The notes under the pieces: generated by a model
Told to the model about the DNA's origin: nothing
What the model saw: the letters and a program-made list of their open reading frames with translations, nothing else
Database searches by the model: none
NCBI RefSeq assembly: GCF_000145295.1
Contig: NC_014408.1
Span: 390,001 to 422,000 of the forward strand
DNA: 32,000 nt
Direction: 5' to 3'
From: Methanothermobacter marburgensis str. Marburg
Lineage (GTDB): Archaea > Methanobacteriota > Methanobacteria > Methanobacteriales > Methanothermobacteraceae
Made by a program: the position numbers and the translations under genes
Part shown: positions 24,361 through 32,000 of the stretch, piece after piece
How positions within the stretch are numbered: the first letter of the stretch is position 1
Layout: every line of letters starts with the position of its first letter

Positions 24361-25482
24361 ATGAGAATAGGCGTGGTTGTCCACGGACCACAGATAGTTG
24401 ACTCAGGATACGCAGCAAAACTTATAGATTTTCTAAAAAAATATGGGGAGGTCAGGGCAAGACTGGGGGGCACCATGGGGCGGACCGCGGTCTATGACGC
24501 CCACCTTGAGGATGTTATAGACATCTCAGAGAAGAGACTCCCAAGTGAATCGGTTGACCTCTTTGCAGATGAGGGCGCCGGCATTGTTGTCCTCATGAAT
24601 TACGGAAAGTCCCGTATCACAGGGCATGGATTTGGATACAAGGTTTTCCAGAGATCAGAAAAAAAACCGCCAGTTGTTCAGATAGAAAGACCAGGTGAAC
24701 CCGATGGAAGTGTTGTGGCATGGAAGAGGGAGGCCGAGTCATTCGCAGAGAAACTGGCACGTGAACTTGAACTCGAGATGGTGGATCCAGAGGAGGTATG
24801 CAGGGAGATCTTCCATGGAGAGCCATGCGGTGAACAGAAGCCTGACAGAAGGGAGTACCGGAGGCTCGTGGGTGTCTCAGAGAATGAGAACATATTCGTA
24901 AATGGTATAGTAGTGGGGGTCTCAACGTCAGACGACGTCACCCTCGTCGCAGAGGACGGCGTGATCACTGAGATAATAGGTGGGAAGATAAAGGAACACG
25001 GGGTTGAAAAGCTTGGAAGGGTTAACCTCAAGGACGCGGTAGTGAAGACGGGACTTCTCCGCCGCTCCGAGGTAAAACCCAGAAAGGTGAAGGTAAGGGA
25101 AAATAATAAAAAGAAGTACCGGGTTTCGTTCTTAAACCACGCAGCAGAGGACATATACATGCTCCATGACTCTGATCTTGTTGTCACGGTTGGAGATGAT
25201 ACAACGCTCGTGGCTGCAGATATACTCTACAGATTCGATGTTCCCATAATAGGGATAACAGACGGTGATATAGATAGGGTGGTTAAGAAGGGCTTCAAAT
25301 GCGCAGATTCGATCATAATAGAGTTTGAGGAGGGATGGGACGATATAGTTGGTGAAAGAATCCACAGGGAGCTCTTCAGGGGTAAAAAAACCATTGAAAC
25401 CAATGATTTGGAAACTTTTAAAAGGGATCTACTACAGATTATAGATAATATAGGTGCAAGCTACACCGTGAGATACACCTAA
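24361..25482 (+). CDS. Conserved methanogen protein of unknown function (possibly DUF2117 family), 373 aa
   Basis: Clean ORF with GGGTGATC SD directly before ATG 24361. The N-terminus is [18 protein letters not shown] and the C-terminal part has [20 protein letters not shown] (acidic DxD-like motif). The family name is uncertain. Confidence 0.6.
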   Translation: MRIGVVVHGPQIVDSGYAAKLIDFLKKYGEVRARLGGTMGRTAVYDAHLEDVIDISEKRLPSESVDLFADEGAGIVVLMNYGKSRITGHGFGYKVFQRSEKKPPVVQIERPGEPDGSVVAWKREAESFAEKLARELELEMVDPEEVCREIFHGEPCGEQKPDRREYRRLVGVSENENIFVNGIVVGVSTSDDVTLVAEDGVITEIIGGKIKEHGVEKLGRVNLKDAVVKTGLLRRSEVKPRKVKVRENNKKKYRVSFLNHAAEDIYMLHDSDLVVTVGDDTTLVAADILYRFDVPIIGITDGDIDRVVKKGFKCADSIIIEFEEGWDDIVGERIHRELFRGKKTIETNDLETFKRDLLQIIDNIGASYTVRYT

Positions 25483-25504
25483 ACCGATAAAAAGAGGTGT
25501 GGAA

Positions 25505-26491
25505 TTGGATTTAGATGATATCATCCATTCCCTTAAAAATTTTGAGGGTGTAACAAGAAAACGGCCAATAAGAAATATAGTTTCTATTCTTAATGATGCA
25601 TTCAGTGTCTCGGGAAAAACACATCTCGGTTACGGTGATGATGCATCGGCCATCAGGATTGGCGACGGAAAACTTCTTTTACTGGCAGCAGATGGAATAT
25701 GGGGGCGTCTGATGGAGGCTGACCCCCACTGGGCCGGTTACTGTTCTGTACTTGTTAATGTTAACGATATTGCAGCCATGGGCGGTAAACCCGTGGGCAT
25801 GGTCAACGTTCTCTCAATTAAATCACGGGAGACCTGTTACAGTGTGATGGAGGGTATAAGAGAGGGGGCAGAGAAGTTCGGGGTCCCAATGGTGGGGGGC
25901 CACGTGCACCCTGACACACCCTACGATGCACTGGATGTTTCAATTGCAGGTATAGCATCGGAGGATGCTCTCATAACAAGCTGTGACGCAGAACCCGGTG
26001 ACAGGGTTATAGTGGGCATAGACCTCGATGGAAGGCCACACCCATCATTTCCCCTTAACTGGGACACAACCACCCATAAAACACCTGAAGAGGTGCAGTT
26101 CCAGATTGAGGTAATGTCCATCATCGCAGAAAGAAAGCTGGTAACTGCAGGTAAGGATATAAGCAACCCGGGGACCCTTGGAACACTGGGGATGCTGCTT
26201 GAGGCATCGGATGTGGGCGCACGGGTGGAACTGGAATCAATACCACGTAACAGATCAGTTAAGTGGGAGGACTGGCTTCGAATGTACCCTGGCTCAGGTT
26301 TTGTGCTGACAGCACGCCCAGAAAATGTTGCTGAATGTATTGAACTGCTCGAGTCTGCCGGAATAACCGCATCAGACGCCGGGGAGATAGTATCCGAAAG
26401 AAAACTCCACTTAGTCCATGATAATGATGAAAGGGTCCTCTTTGACTTTGAAAGGGACATCATAACAGGTGTGATAGAAGAAAAAATATGA
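25505..26491 (+). CDS. mmp2: Methanogenesis marker protein 2 (AIR-synthase/PurM-like ATP-utilising fold), 328 aa
   Basis: PurM/ThiL/HypE-type N-domain motif GYGDDASAI and DIAAMGGKP, plus a C-terminal PurM-like domain. GAGG (25494-25497) lies 7 nt before TTG 25505; GTG 25499 (track start) overlaps the SD. Confidence 0.75.
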   Translation: MDLDDIIHSLKNFEGVTRKRPIRNIVSILNDAFSVSGKTHLGYGDDASAIRIGDGKLLLLAADGIWGRLMEADPHWAGYCSVLVNVNDIAAMGGKPVGMVNVLSIKSRETCYSVMEGIREGAEKFGVPMVGGHVHPDTPYDALDVSIAGIASEDALITSCDAEPGDRVIVGIDLDGRPHPSFPLNWDTTTHKTPEEVQFQIEVMSIIAERKLVTAGKDISNPGTLGTLGMLLEASDVGARVELESIPRNRSVKWEDWLRMYPGSGFVLTARPENVAECIELLESAGITASDAGEIVSERKLHLVHDNDERVLFDFERDIITGVIEEKI

Positions 26492-26501
26492 GGGAGATCT
26501 G

Positions 26502-28043
26502 ATGTTTGTTAAGGTTAATGGACTGGATGTTGAACTCCCGGAGGGGGCCACAGTGAGGGATGCCATCGATGCTACAGGAGCCCCCTATGTGAAAGGCGCC
26601 CTTGTGGGCCTCATAAGCGGCACAAGGGAACTTGAAAGGACAATAGACACATACCGGATCAAAACAACAGCAGGAAGCATCCTGATTGAACTGCTCCCTG
26701 AGGAAGCACCTGAAATCGTTGAGACATGGAGGGAGGTCTACAGCAACCTTGAAAACCTCCGTATAAGGTGGACAACCCCATCCGAGATTTCAATGGGACC
26801 CCTGAAAACAGAACTGGAGCCGTCAAGGAAGGAATTCTTCTACGACGAGAATGAGGTTATAATGAGCCTCTCAGGGTTCAGCCCGGATTCAACCCACATA
26901 ATAATCTCCAGGGACCCCCATTCATCAGTATACGGCGCCCCGGCTGAGAACAGGGGTGTTTTTGCAAGGGTAACCGGCGGGGGAAGAACCATTGAGCGGC
27001 TGACAGACCGCGACGTGATAAGGTCAGTGGAACCAGTTGTTGAGAGAAAAAGCATAGTTGAGAGCGCCGCAGTGACAGACCTTGAAACACCACTTGAGGA
27101 TGGAAACCAGATATTCACCTACGTTAAGGTAAAACCATCCCACGAGTCCCCCCAGTCTGTTGAACACTTCTTCACAATGGTGGAGGAGGGGAAACTGAGG
27201 GTCGACTATGAGGCCAACTCATTCATAGGTTTCTACTCCCTTCAGGGGATAAAAAAGGATCCTGAAAAAATAGCAAAGAGAAACAGGGGCACAGTGACCC
27301 TTAGGAACACAGGAAGGGGTGCTGGAAGGGTTTACATATACAGGGAGGACAGGGTTTCAACACCATCCCACAACCTCATAGGAAACGTTACAGATGGAAT
27401 GGAACTGGTGGATATAGCAGGGGAAGGGGACCACATCACGGTGGAGTGCGAACCCGGCAGGATAATGACAGTATCCATGACCCAGAAGGAAGCAGAGGAA
27501 TACCTTAAAGGATACGGTGTCGAGCAGATACGGGACGGCATAATGGTTGACGATGCAATCGTTGTGGCCCAGGACCCACCCTACACCATGGACATACTCA
27601 AGGAGGGAAGGGTCAGAACAGTGGGCATAGAGGCCGATAAAATCCTGGAGGTTGAACTTGACCCTGATGCGCCAAGATCCTCATGGTACTTCCGCAGACT
27701 CACAGGCCTCATCGACACACCCATCGGATCCCTCAAGGTACACTTCGCCTTCCCAGGAATGAAGGTGGTGATGTTTGAGGGTGACAGATCCCTGGCAAAG
27801 GGCCTTGTACCGGAGAAAACACCTGAAAACTGCGTTAAAAAGGGCAGCATTGGCATAACAAACATGTCAAGGAGACACATAGGTATGGTTGGTGTCAGAC
27901 TCGAGGACAACGATGAATACGGCCCAACAGGGGAACCATTCAACGGTACCAACATAATAGGCAGAATCATAGAGGGCCTTGAGAATGTTGAAAAATTCAA
28001 AGAGGGGGACACAGTCTATGTCCGGGAAAGAAAAAAACCATGA
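26502..28043 (+). CDS. mmp3: Methanogenesis marker protein 3, 513 aa
   Basis: Size, position after mmp2, and the N-terminal [22 protein letters not shown] opening match my memory of the Mmp3 (UPF0288) family. ATG 26502 is preceded by GAGGGAG. Confidence 0.7.
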   Translation: MFVKVNGLDVELPEGATVRDAIDATGAPYVKGALVGLISGTRELERTIDTYRIKTTAGSILIELLPEEAPEIVETWREVYSNLENLRIRWTTPSEISMGPLKTELEPSRKEFFYDENEVIMSLSGFSPDSTHIIISRDPHSSVYGAPAENRGVFARVTGGGRTIERLTDRDVIRSVEPVVERKSIVESAAVTDLETPLEDGNQIFTYVKVKPSHESPQSVEHFFTMVEEGKLRVDYEANSFIGFYSLQGIKKDPEKIAKRNRGTVTLRNTGRGAGRVYIYREDRVSTPSHNLIGNVTDGMELVDIAGEGDHITVECEPGRIMTVSMTQKEAEEYLKGYGVEQIRDGIMVDDAIVVAQDPPYTMDILKEGRVRTVGIEADKILEVELDPDAPRSSWYFRRLTGLIDTPIGSLKVHFAFPGMKVVMFEGDRSLAKGLVPEKTPENCVKKGSIGITNMSRRHIGMVGVRLEDNDEYGPTGEPFNGTNIIGRIIEGLENVEKFKEGDTVYVRERKKP

Positions 28044-28464
28044 GGAATCAACAAGAATGATAATACTTGGGCCGTCATCAAGGCTGAGCTCATCAGAACT
28101 TGTCCAGAGGCTCCACCTCCTTGGACTGCCACTGACCATAAAATCAACATGTTACGGTGCGCTGGTGCATGGGGACACAGAGACTGTGATGGAGGCTGTC
28201 AGAAAAATACGCAGCCTGGACCCGACCAACATATTCACAAAGGAGAGGGGGTTCCCACCTGGGGACCCCAGGAGATGCAGAGGACACAGAGGAGCAGCAA
28301 GGGAGGGTTACCATCAGCTTGAAAAGGAATTCAAACTACTTGGATATGTGGGCGAGGCCCTTGAAAGGCCCCAGAAGGCCGAACCCGAAAAAAAGGAGAA
28401 GGTTTCTGTTGATGAATTTCGCGATGTAGTTGAGAGGAGTCTGAAATCCAGACAGAAAACATAG
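28018..28464 (+). CDS. mmp6: Methanogenesis marker protein 6, 148 aa (135 aa if ATG 28057)
   Basis: The core [40 protein letters not shown]...IRSLDP..IF.KERG....[10 protein letters not shown] fits the Mmp6 pattern as I recall it. The start is ambiguous: ATG 28018 (26-nt overlap with mmp3) or ATG 28057. Confidence 0.65.
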   Translation: MSGKEKNHEESTRMIILGPSSRLSSSELVQRLHLLGLPLTIKSTCYGALVHGDTETVMEAVRKIRSLDPTNIFTKERGFPPGDPRRCRGHRGAAREGYHQLEKEFKLLGYVGEALERPQKAEPEKKEKVSVDEFRDVVERSLKSRQKT

Positions 28465-28475
28465 GGCTGATTGAA

Positions 28476-28847
28476 ATGAAAATAACTTCATCATCCACTG
28501 GAGAGGAACTCAAGGAACTTGGAATGTGTATACATGAACTTGTAAGTCGTCTTCCCCTCACAATAAGGAGCCGGGAAGCAAAGGGTCTTCGAATAGAGGA
28601 CGGCAAGGTGATCGATGACAGCTACACAGGACCCGTACTTGAAAAGGTCCTTGAATCAGGTGAGATAGCAAGGGAGACACCTGAGAGGGGACCCTACAAG
28701 GGGATACCCGTGGTCGTGGTACCCCTGAAGGAGAAGGGTGAGGTTCTCTGTGCGGTGGGAATCGTTGATGCCACAAAGGGCCTCTTCACAGACATGGTTG
28801 AAATAGCCAGAAGACCCCAGGAGGGAGACAGGGGGGAATTCTATTGA
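28476..28847 (+). CDS. Small conserved protein of unknown function embedded in the mmp cluster (possibly DUF2111), 123 aa
   Basis: ORF starts 11 nt after the mmp6 stop, and its stop TGA 28845-28847 overlaps the mmp5 TTG start. I recognise no motif; the sequence ends ..[29 protein letters not shown]... Confidence 0.55.
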   Translation: MKITSSSTGEELKELGMCIHELVSRLPLTIRSREAKGLRIEDGKVIDDSYTGPVLEKVLESGEIARETPERGPYKGIPVVVVPLKEKGEVLCAVGIVDATKGLFTDMVEIARRPQEGDRGEFY

Positions 28848-29290
28848 AGATAGCGATATTTCCACCAAATTCACTTATACTTGCAGATCTTGTTGAAAGA
28901 AGGGGACATGAGCCCCTTGTAATCCAGAAAGAAATCAGACAGAAGGTCACAGACCCTGAAATTGATTCACCACCCTTCAACATAACCGAGGAGGACCCGA
29001 TAAGGGGCCTGAAGTATGCGGCAATAGAGGTTCCCTCAGGTGTGAGGGGGAGAATGGCAATCCTTGGGCCCCTCATAGAGGATGCGGATGCCGCCATAAT
29101 AATGGAGGAAGCCCCCTTTGGTTTTGGATGCATAGGATGCGCAAGGACCAATGAACTCTGCGTATTCCAGCTCAGAAAGAAGGGCATACCCACACTTGAA
29201 CTGAAATATCCCACAACAAGGGAAGAGACAATAGATGTGGTTAACAGGATAAACAAATTCCTGGACGAACTGGAGGCTCAAAATGGTTAA
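28844..29290 (+). CDS. mmp5: Methanogenesis marker protein 5, 148 aa
   Basis: The opening [25 protein letters not shown] and the Cys motif [14 protein letters not shown] match my memory of Mmp5. TTG 28844 overlaps the upstream stop (TTGA). Confidence 0.65.
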   Translation: MKIAIFPPNSLILADLVERRGHEPLVIQKEIRQKVTDPEIDSPPFNITEEDPIRGLKYAAIEVPSGVRGRMAILGPLIEDADAAIIMEEAPFGFGCIGCARTNELCVFQLRKKGIPTLELKYPTTREETIDVVNRINKFLDELEAQNG

Positions 29291-30521
29291 AATAGCCCAG
29301 ATTTCATGCGGAACCGACTACAGCGGTGTTCAGAAGGAAATTGAAAAGGCAGCGAGGACTTTCGGGGCCGAAATAGTGATCCCCGAGGCCGACCTTGACT
29401 ACATAGACGAGGCCTATGAAAAATTTGGGTTCAACTGTGCCAGTTCAAGCCTGAAACTCATGATAGCAAGGGCAATGTCAATCGTTGAGGGCAAAACAGA
29501 TGCCGACGCGGTTTTCATAGCAACCTGCTTCAGGTGTGCAGAGGGAGCCCTTGTAAGGAATGAGATAAGGAGGTTCATACAGCAGAACACAAGGCTTCCG
29601 GTTGTAACCTACTCATTCACAGAGAGAACAAAGGCCGATGAGCTCTTCATACGTATGGAGGCGCTCTCAACAATAGTGGCAAGGAAGAGCATACTTGCAA
29701 GGGAGAAACAGGAGGGCCTCACCCTTGGAATAGATTCAGGTTCAACAACCACCAAGGTAGTGCTGATGGAGGATAACGAGGTCATAGGAACAGGATGGCT
29801 TCCCACAACAGATGTCCTTGGCTCCGCAGAGAAGGGTATAGAGGAGGCCCTCGCAGGTACAGGTTACACGATTAAGGACCTTGATGGGATAGGAGTCACA
29901 GGTTACGGCAGGTTAACCATAGGGAAACATTACGGGGCCGACCTCATACAGGAGGAGCTCAGCGTGAACTCCAAGGGTGCAGTGTTTCTGGCAGACCACC
30001 AGAAGGGGGAGGCAACGGTCCTGGATATAGGGGGTATGGACAACAAGGTCATAACCGTCAACGATGGAATACCCGACAACTTCACCATGGGGGGTATCTG
30101 CGCCGGTGCATCATGGCGTTTCCTGGACATAACAGCCAGGAGGCTTGGAGTGGAGATAGATGAACTTGGAAGCCTGGCAATGAAGGCCGATTACGAGAAG
30201 GCGATGCTCAACAGTTACTGCATAGTCTTTGGTATACACGACCTTGTAACCGCACTTGCAGCGGGAGTTTCAAGGGAGGATGCAGCAGCCGCGGCATGCC
30301 ACTCGGTGGCCGAACAGGTATATGAGCAGCAGCTCCAGGAGATAGATGTGAGGGAACCCCTCATACAGGTGGGTGGAACATCCCTTATAGAGGGCCTTGT
30401 TAAGGCGGTAAGTGATATTCTGGGAGGTATCGATGTCATCGTACCCCCGTATTCACAGCACATAGGCGCAGTTGGAGCGGCCCTCCTTGTTTCTGGAATG
30501 AAAGACATCAGTGAGGGTTAA
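29283..30521 (+). CDS. mmp15: Methanogenesis marker protein 15 (BadF/BadG/BcrA/BcrD-HgdC-type ATPase domain with N-terminal Cys-containing domain), 412 aa
   Basis: Acetate/sugar-kinase-fold phosphate-1 motif [14 protein letters not shown], later [10 protein letters not shown] and VGGTS, and an N-terminal domain with [14 protein letters not shown] (29272-29276) lies 6 nt before ATG 29283, which overlaps the mmp5 end by 8 nt. Confidence 0.75.
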   Translation: MVKIAQISCGTDYSGVQKEIEKAARTFGAEIVIPEADLDYIDEAYEKFGFNCASSSLKLMIARAMSIVEGKTDADAVFIATCFRCAEGALVRNEIRRFIQQNTRLPVVTYSFTERTKADELFIRMEALSTIVARKSILAREKQEGLTLGIDSGSTTTKVVLMEDNEVIGTGWLPTTDVLGSAEKGIEEALAGTGYTIKDLDGIGVTGYGRLTIGKHYGADLIQEELSVNSKGAVFLADHQKGEATVLDIGGMDNKVITVNDGIPDNFTMGGICAGASWRFLDITARRLGVEIDELGSLAMKADYEKAMLNSYCIVFGIHDLVTALAAGVSREDAAAAACHSVAEQVYEQQLQEIDVREPLIQVGGTSLIEGLVKAVSDILGGIDVIVPPYSQHIGAVGAALLVSGMKDISEG

Positions 30522-30522
30522 A

Positions 30523-31014
30523 ATGGGGATAAATGTTGAGTGCTACGACCCCCGGGGTGCAGAGGTCTATGAGATAATAGCCCGCCAGGTTCTTCAGGAT
30601 CTCCAGCTTGCAAGGGCAGTTGATGACCTGAGAATATGGGTTGATCCTCGAGAGCCGGTCTTCATCATAGCGGTTAAGACACAGAGGACCTCTGAGCCGA
30701 TTTACCTTGAGGACATGGTGGAGATGGAGGTTGATAAGGCCACCGGAGCAGTCCACCTGAGGATAAGGGATGAGACGTACCTTCCACAGCTACTTGAAAG
30801 GCTCTGGGAGACACAGGGGCGTGGCGGGGTACGGCAGCCATCCCGATTTGAGGTGGTGGTGGAGGACCCCATCTCGGATATCAGCGGAATGACGGTCCGC
30901 GACCCCTCAATGAACCTCGAGAAGAGGGTGTACGATGCAATATTCCGTATAATACCCGAGGGATTCCGGGTTATAAGGGACCTTTCAGAGGATAACATAA
31001 TAGCCCTTGGATGA
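30523..31014 (+). CDS. mmp17: Methanogenesis marker protein 17, 163 aa as read (about 185 aa if a +1 frame continuation to 31081 is real)
   Basis: Position after mmp15 and size class. GAGGG (30513-30517) lies 5 nt before ATG 30523; GTG 30511 is the track start. See the finding on the C-terminal frame break at 31009-31014. Confidence 0.6.
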   Translation: MGINVECYDPRGAEVYEIIARQVLQDLQLARAVDDLRIWVDPREPVFIIAVKTQRTSEPIYLEDMVEMEVDKATGAVHLRIRDETYLPQLLERLWETQGRGGVRQPSRFEVVVEDPISDISGMTVRDPSMNLEKRVYDAIFRIIPEGFRVIRDLSEDNIIALG

Positions 31015-31085
31015 TACCGATGAGGTGCTCATGGATGAATGGATTTTAAAGGTCAGGGAGATAATAGACGATATGAGGTGAAAAC

Positions 31086-31952
31086 ATGCCCGATCAGAGA
31101 CAGACACGCTTTGCCCACATAACAAAGGGTCAGCCCTGCTTCAATGAGAAACTGCATGACAGGGTTGGAAGGATCCATCTGCCCATCGCACCCCGCTGCA
31201 ATATCCACTGCAAGTTCTGCACAAGGGATATCAGTGAATGCGAAAACCGGCCAGGGGTCACTGCAAGGATCATGACAGCTGAGGATGCAGTAAAGCACGT
31301 TGAGAAGGTTAAGAGCGAGATGCCCATAAGTGTAATAGGGGTCGCAGGACCCGGCGATGCCCTTGCAAATGAGGAGACCTTCGAGTTCTTCAAAAAGGCC
31401 AGCAAGAAGTTCCCGGATCTCCTTAAATGCCTCAGCACCAACGGTCTGCTCCTTCCAGATAAGGCTGATGAACTGGCAGAGATTGGTGTTAACACAGTCA
31501 CAGTAACCGTGAACGCCATTGACCCTGACATAGGTGAGAAGATATACTCCTTTGTTATCTACAAGGATAAGGTCTACCATGGAAGGGAGGCCTTCGAGGT
31601 TCTCTCAAGGAACCAGCTTGAGGGTATAGAGAAACTTGCAGAGAAGGGTATCATTGTTAAGGTCAACAGTGTACTCATACCTGGCCTCAACGATGAACAC
31701 ATAGTCGACATTGCAAGGGAGGTTAAAAAGAGGGGAGCCTCCCTCATGAACGTTATACCACTCATACCGATGGGTGAGATGGAGGACTACCCACGGCCAA
31801 CCTGTGAGGAGATCGAGAGGGTCAGGAATGAGGTTGAAAAGATAATACCCGTATTCAGGGCATGCACACAGTGCAGGGCAGACGCCTACGGCATCCCAGG
31901 GAAAAAGGGTGCCGACAAGCACCTTGACATGACACCAGCGAGCCACTACTGA
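31086..31952 (+). CDS. nifB: NifB-type radical SAM enzyme (stand-alone radical SAM domain form), 288 aa
   Basis: N-terminal QPCFNEKLHDRVGRIHLPIAPRCNIHCKFCTR (the HPCY-like motif plus the CxxxCxxC radical SAM cluster site), TVTVNA, and C-terminal ACTQCRADAYG. Together these are the NifB signature. GAGGTGA (31075-31081) lies 4 nt before ATG 31086. Confidence 0.85.
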   Translation: MPDQRQTRFAHITKGQPCFNEKLHDRVGRIHLPIAPRCNIHCKFCTRDISECENRPGVTARIMTAEDAVKHVEKVKSEMPISVIGVAGPGDALANEETFEFFKKASKKFPDLLKCLSTNGLLLPDKADELAEIGVNTVTVTVNAIDPDIGEKIYSFVIYKDKVYHGREAFEVLSRNQLEGIEKLAEKGIIVKVNSVLIPGLNDEHIVDIAREVKKRGASLMNVIPLIPMGEMEDYPRPTCEEIERVRNEVEKIIPVFRACTQCRADAYGIPGKKGADKHLDMTPASHY

Positions 31953-31967
31953 AAATCCCGTGATAAC

Positions 31968-32000
31968 CATGAAGACACTGGAATGGAAGGACAACCGACT
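31968..32000 (+). CDS. 5' end (11 codons) of a probable aIF-2B/MtnA-family (ribose-phosphate isomerase-like) gene, truncated by the window
   Basis: ATG 31968 lies 15 nt after the nifB stop with GTGAT upstream. MKTLEWKDNR(L) resembles the M..L.W.D..L opening of the eIF-2B alpha/beta/delta-like isomerase family. Only 33 nt are visible. Confidence 0.35.

Noticed and set aside
31020-31080. Repeated ATGAGGTG (31020-31027 and 31073-31080, period 53), considered as a fifth junction duplication.
   Set aside because: Only 8 nt match, and the match is essentially the common SD consensus GAGGTG. That is too short to distinguish from chance.
1-32000. Search for CRISPR arrays, rRNA/tRNA genes, IS elements, integrases, toxin-antitoxin pairs or compositional islands.
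   Set aside because: I found none. There are no regularly spaced repeats beyond the four junction duplications, no transposase- or integrase-like ORFs, and base composition is uniform apart from AT-rich spacers. The PIN-domain gene has a zinc ribbon and no antitoxin partner, so it fits Nob1 rather than VapC.

Overview
This is a compact, gene-dense archaeal (methanogen) chromosome segment. It holds about 36 protein-coding genes and no rRNA, tRNA, CRISPR array or recognisable IS/transposase. Three things point to Methanobacteriales: the gene content (methanogenesis marker proteins, thiol:fumarate reductase TfrB, archaeal GlyRS, SepF/MinD, stand-alone NifB), GGAGGTGATC-type Shine-Dalgarno sites 5-8 nt from starts, and AT-rich TATA boxes. 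From memory the order tfrB..iorAB..pyrE..mmp cluster..nifB fits Methanothermobacter thermautotrophicus; I cannot verify that here. Blocks: (i) 3-3848 Roadblock / DUF1611-like / SepF / acidic-linker protein / MinD. (ii) 3871-7303 PfkB kinase, a disrupted TatD-like hydrolase and two tandem wHTH regulators. (iii) 7306-12999 minus-strand run glyS, dcd, a split DUF1512-like gene, a SPOUT methyltransferase and tfrB. (iv) 13218-19429 iorAB, ACT protein, aryl-CoA-ligase-like enzyme, Na+/solute symporter plus small subunit. (v) YhgE/Pip membrane protein, PRC-barrel protein, an unlisted 53-aa 4xCxxC ORF overlapping pyrE, and MoaB. (vi) A ~560-bp non-coding gap with nested hairpins. (vii) 23.8-32 kb, one tightly packed same-strand unit: nob1-like PIN gene, a 373-aa protein, mmp2-mmp3-mmp6-(123 aa)-mmp5-mmp15-mmp17-nifB. 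The most interesting observations are: nifB (radical-SAM carbide-cluster synthase) physically coupled to the Mmp genes; three genes whose frames break at short G/C runs; two GGAGG-N7-CTG candidate non-AUG starts; and four short direct duplications sitting exactly on gene 3' ends or junctions, one of which creates a 16-codon uORF. All family assignments come from motif recognition by eye; no searches were run.
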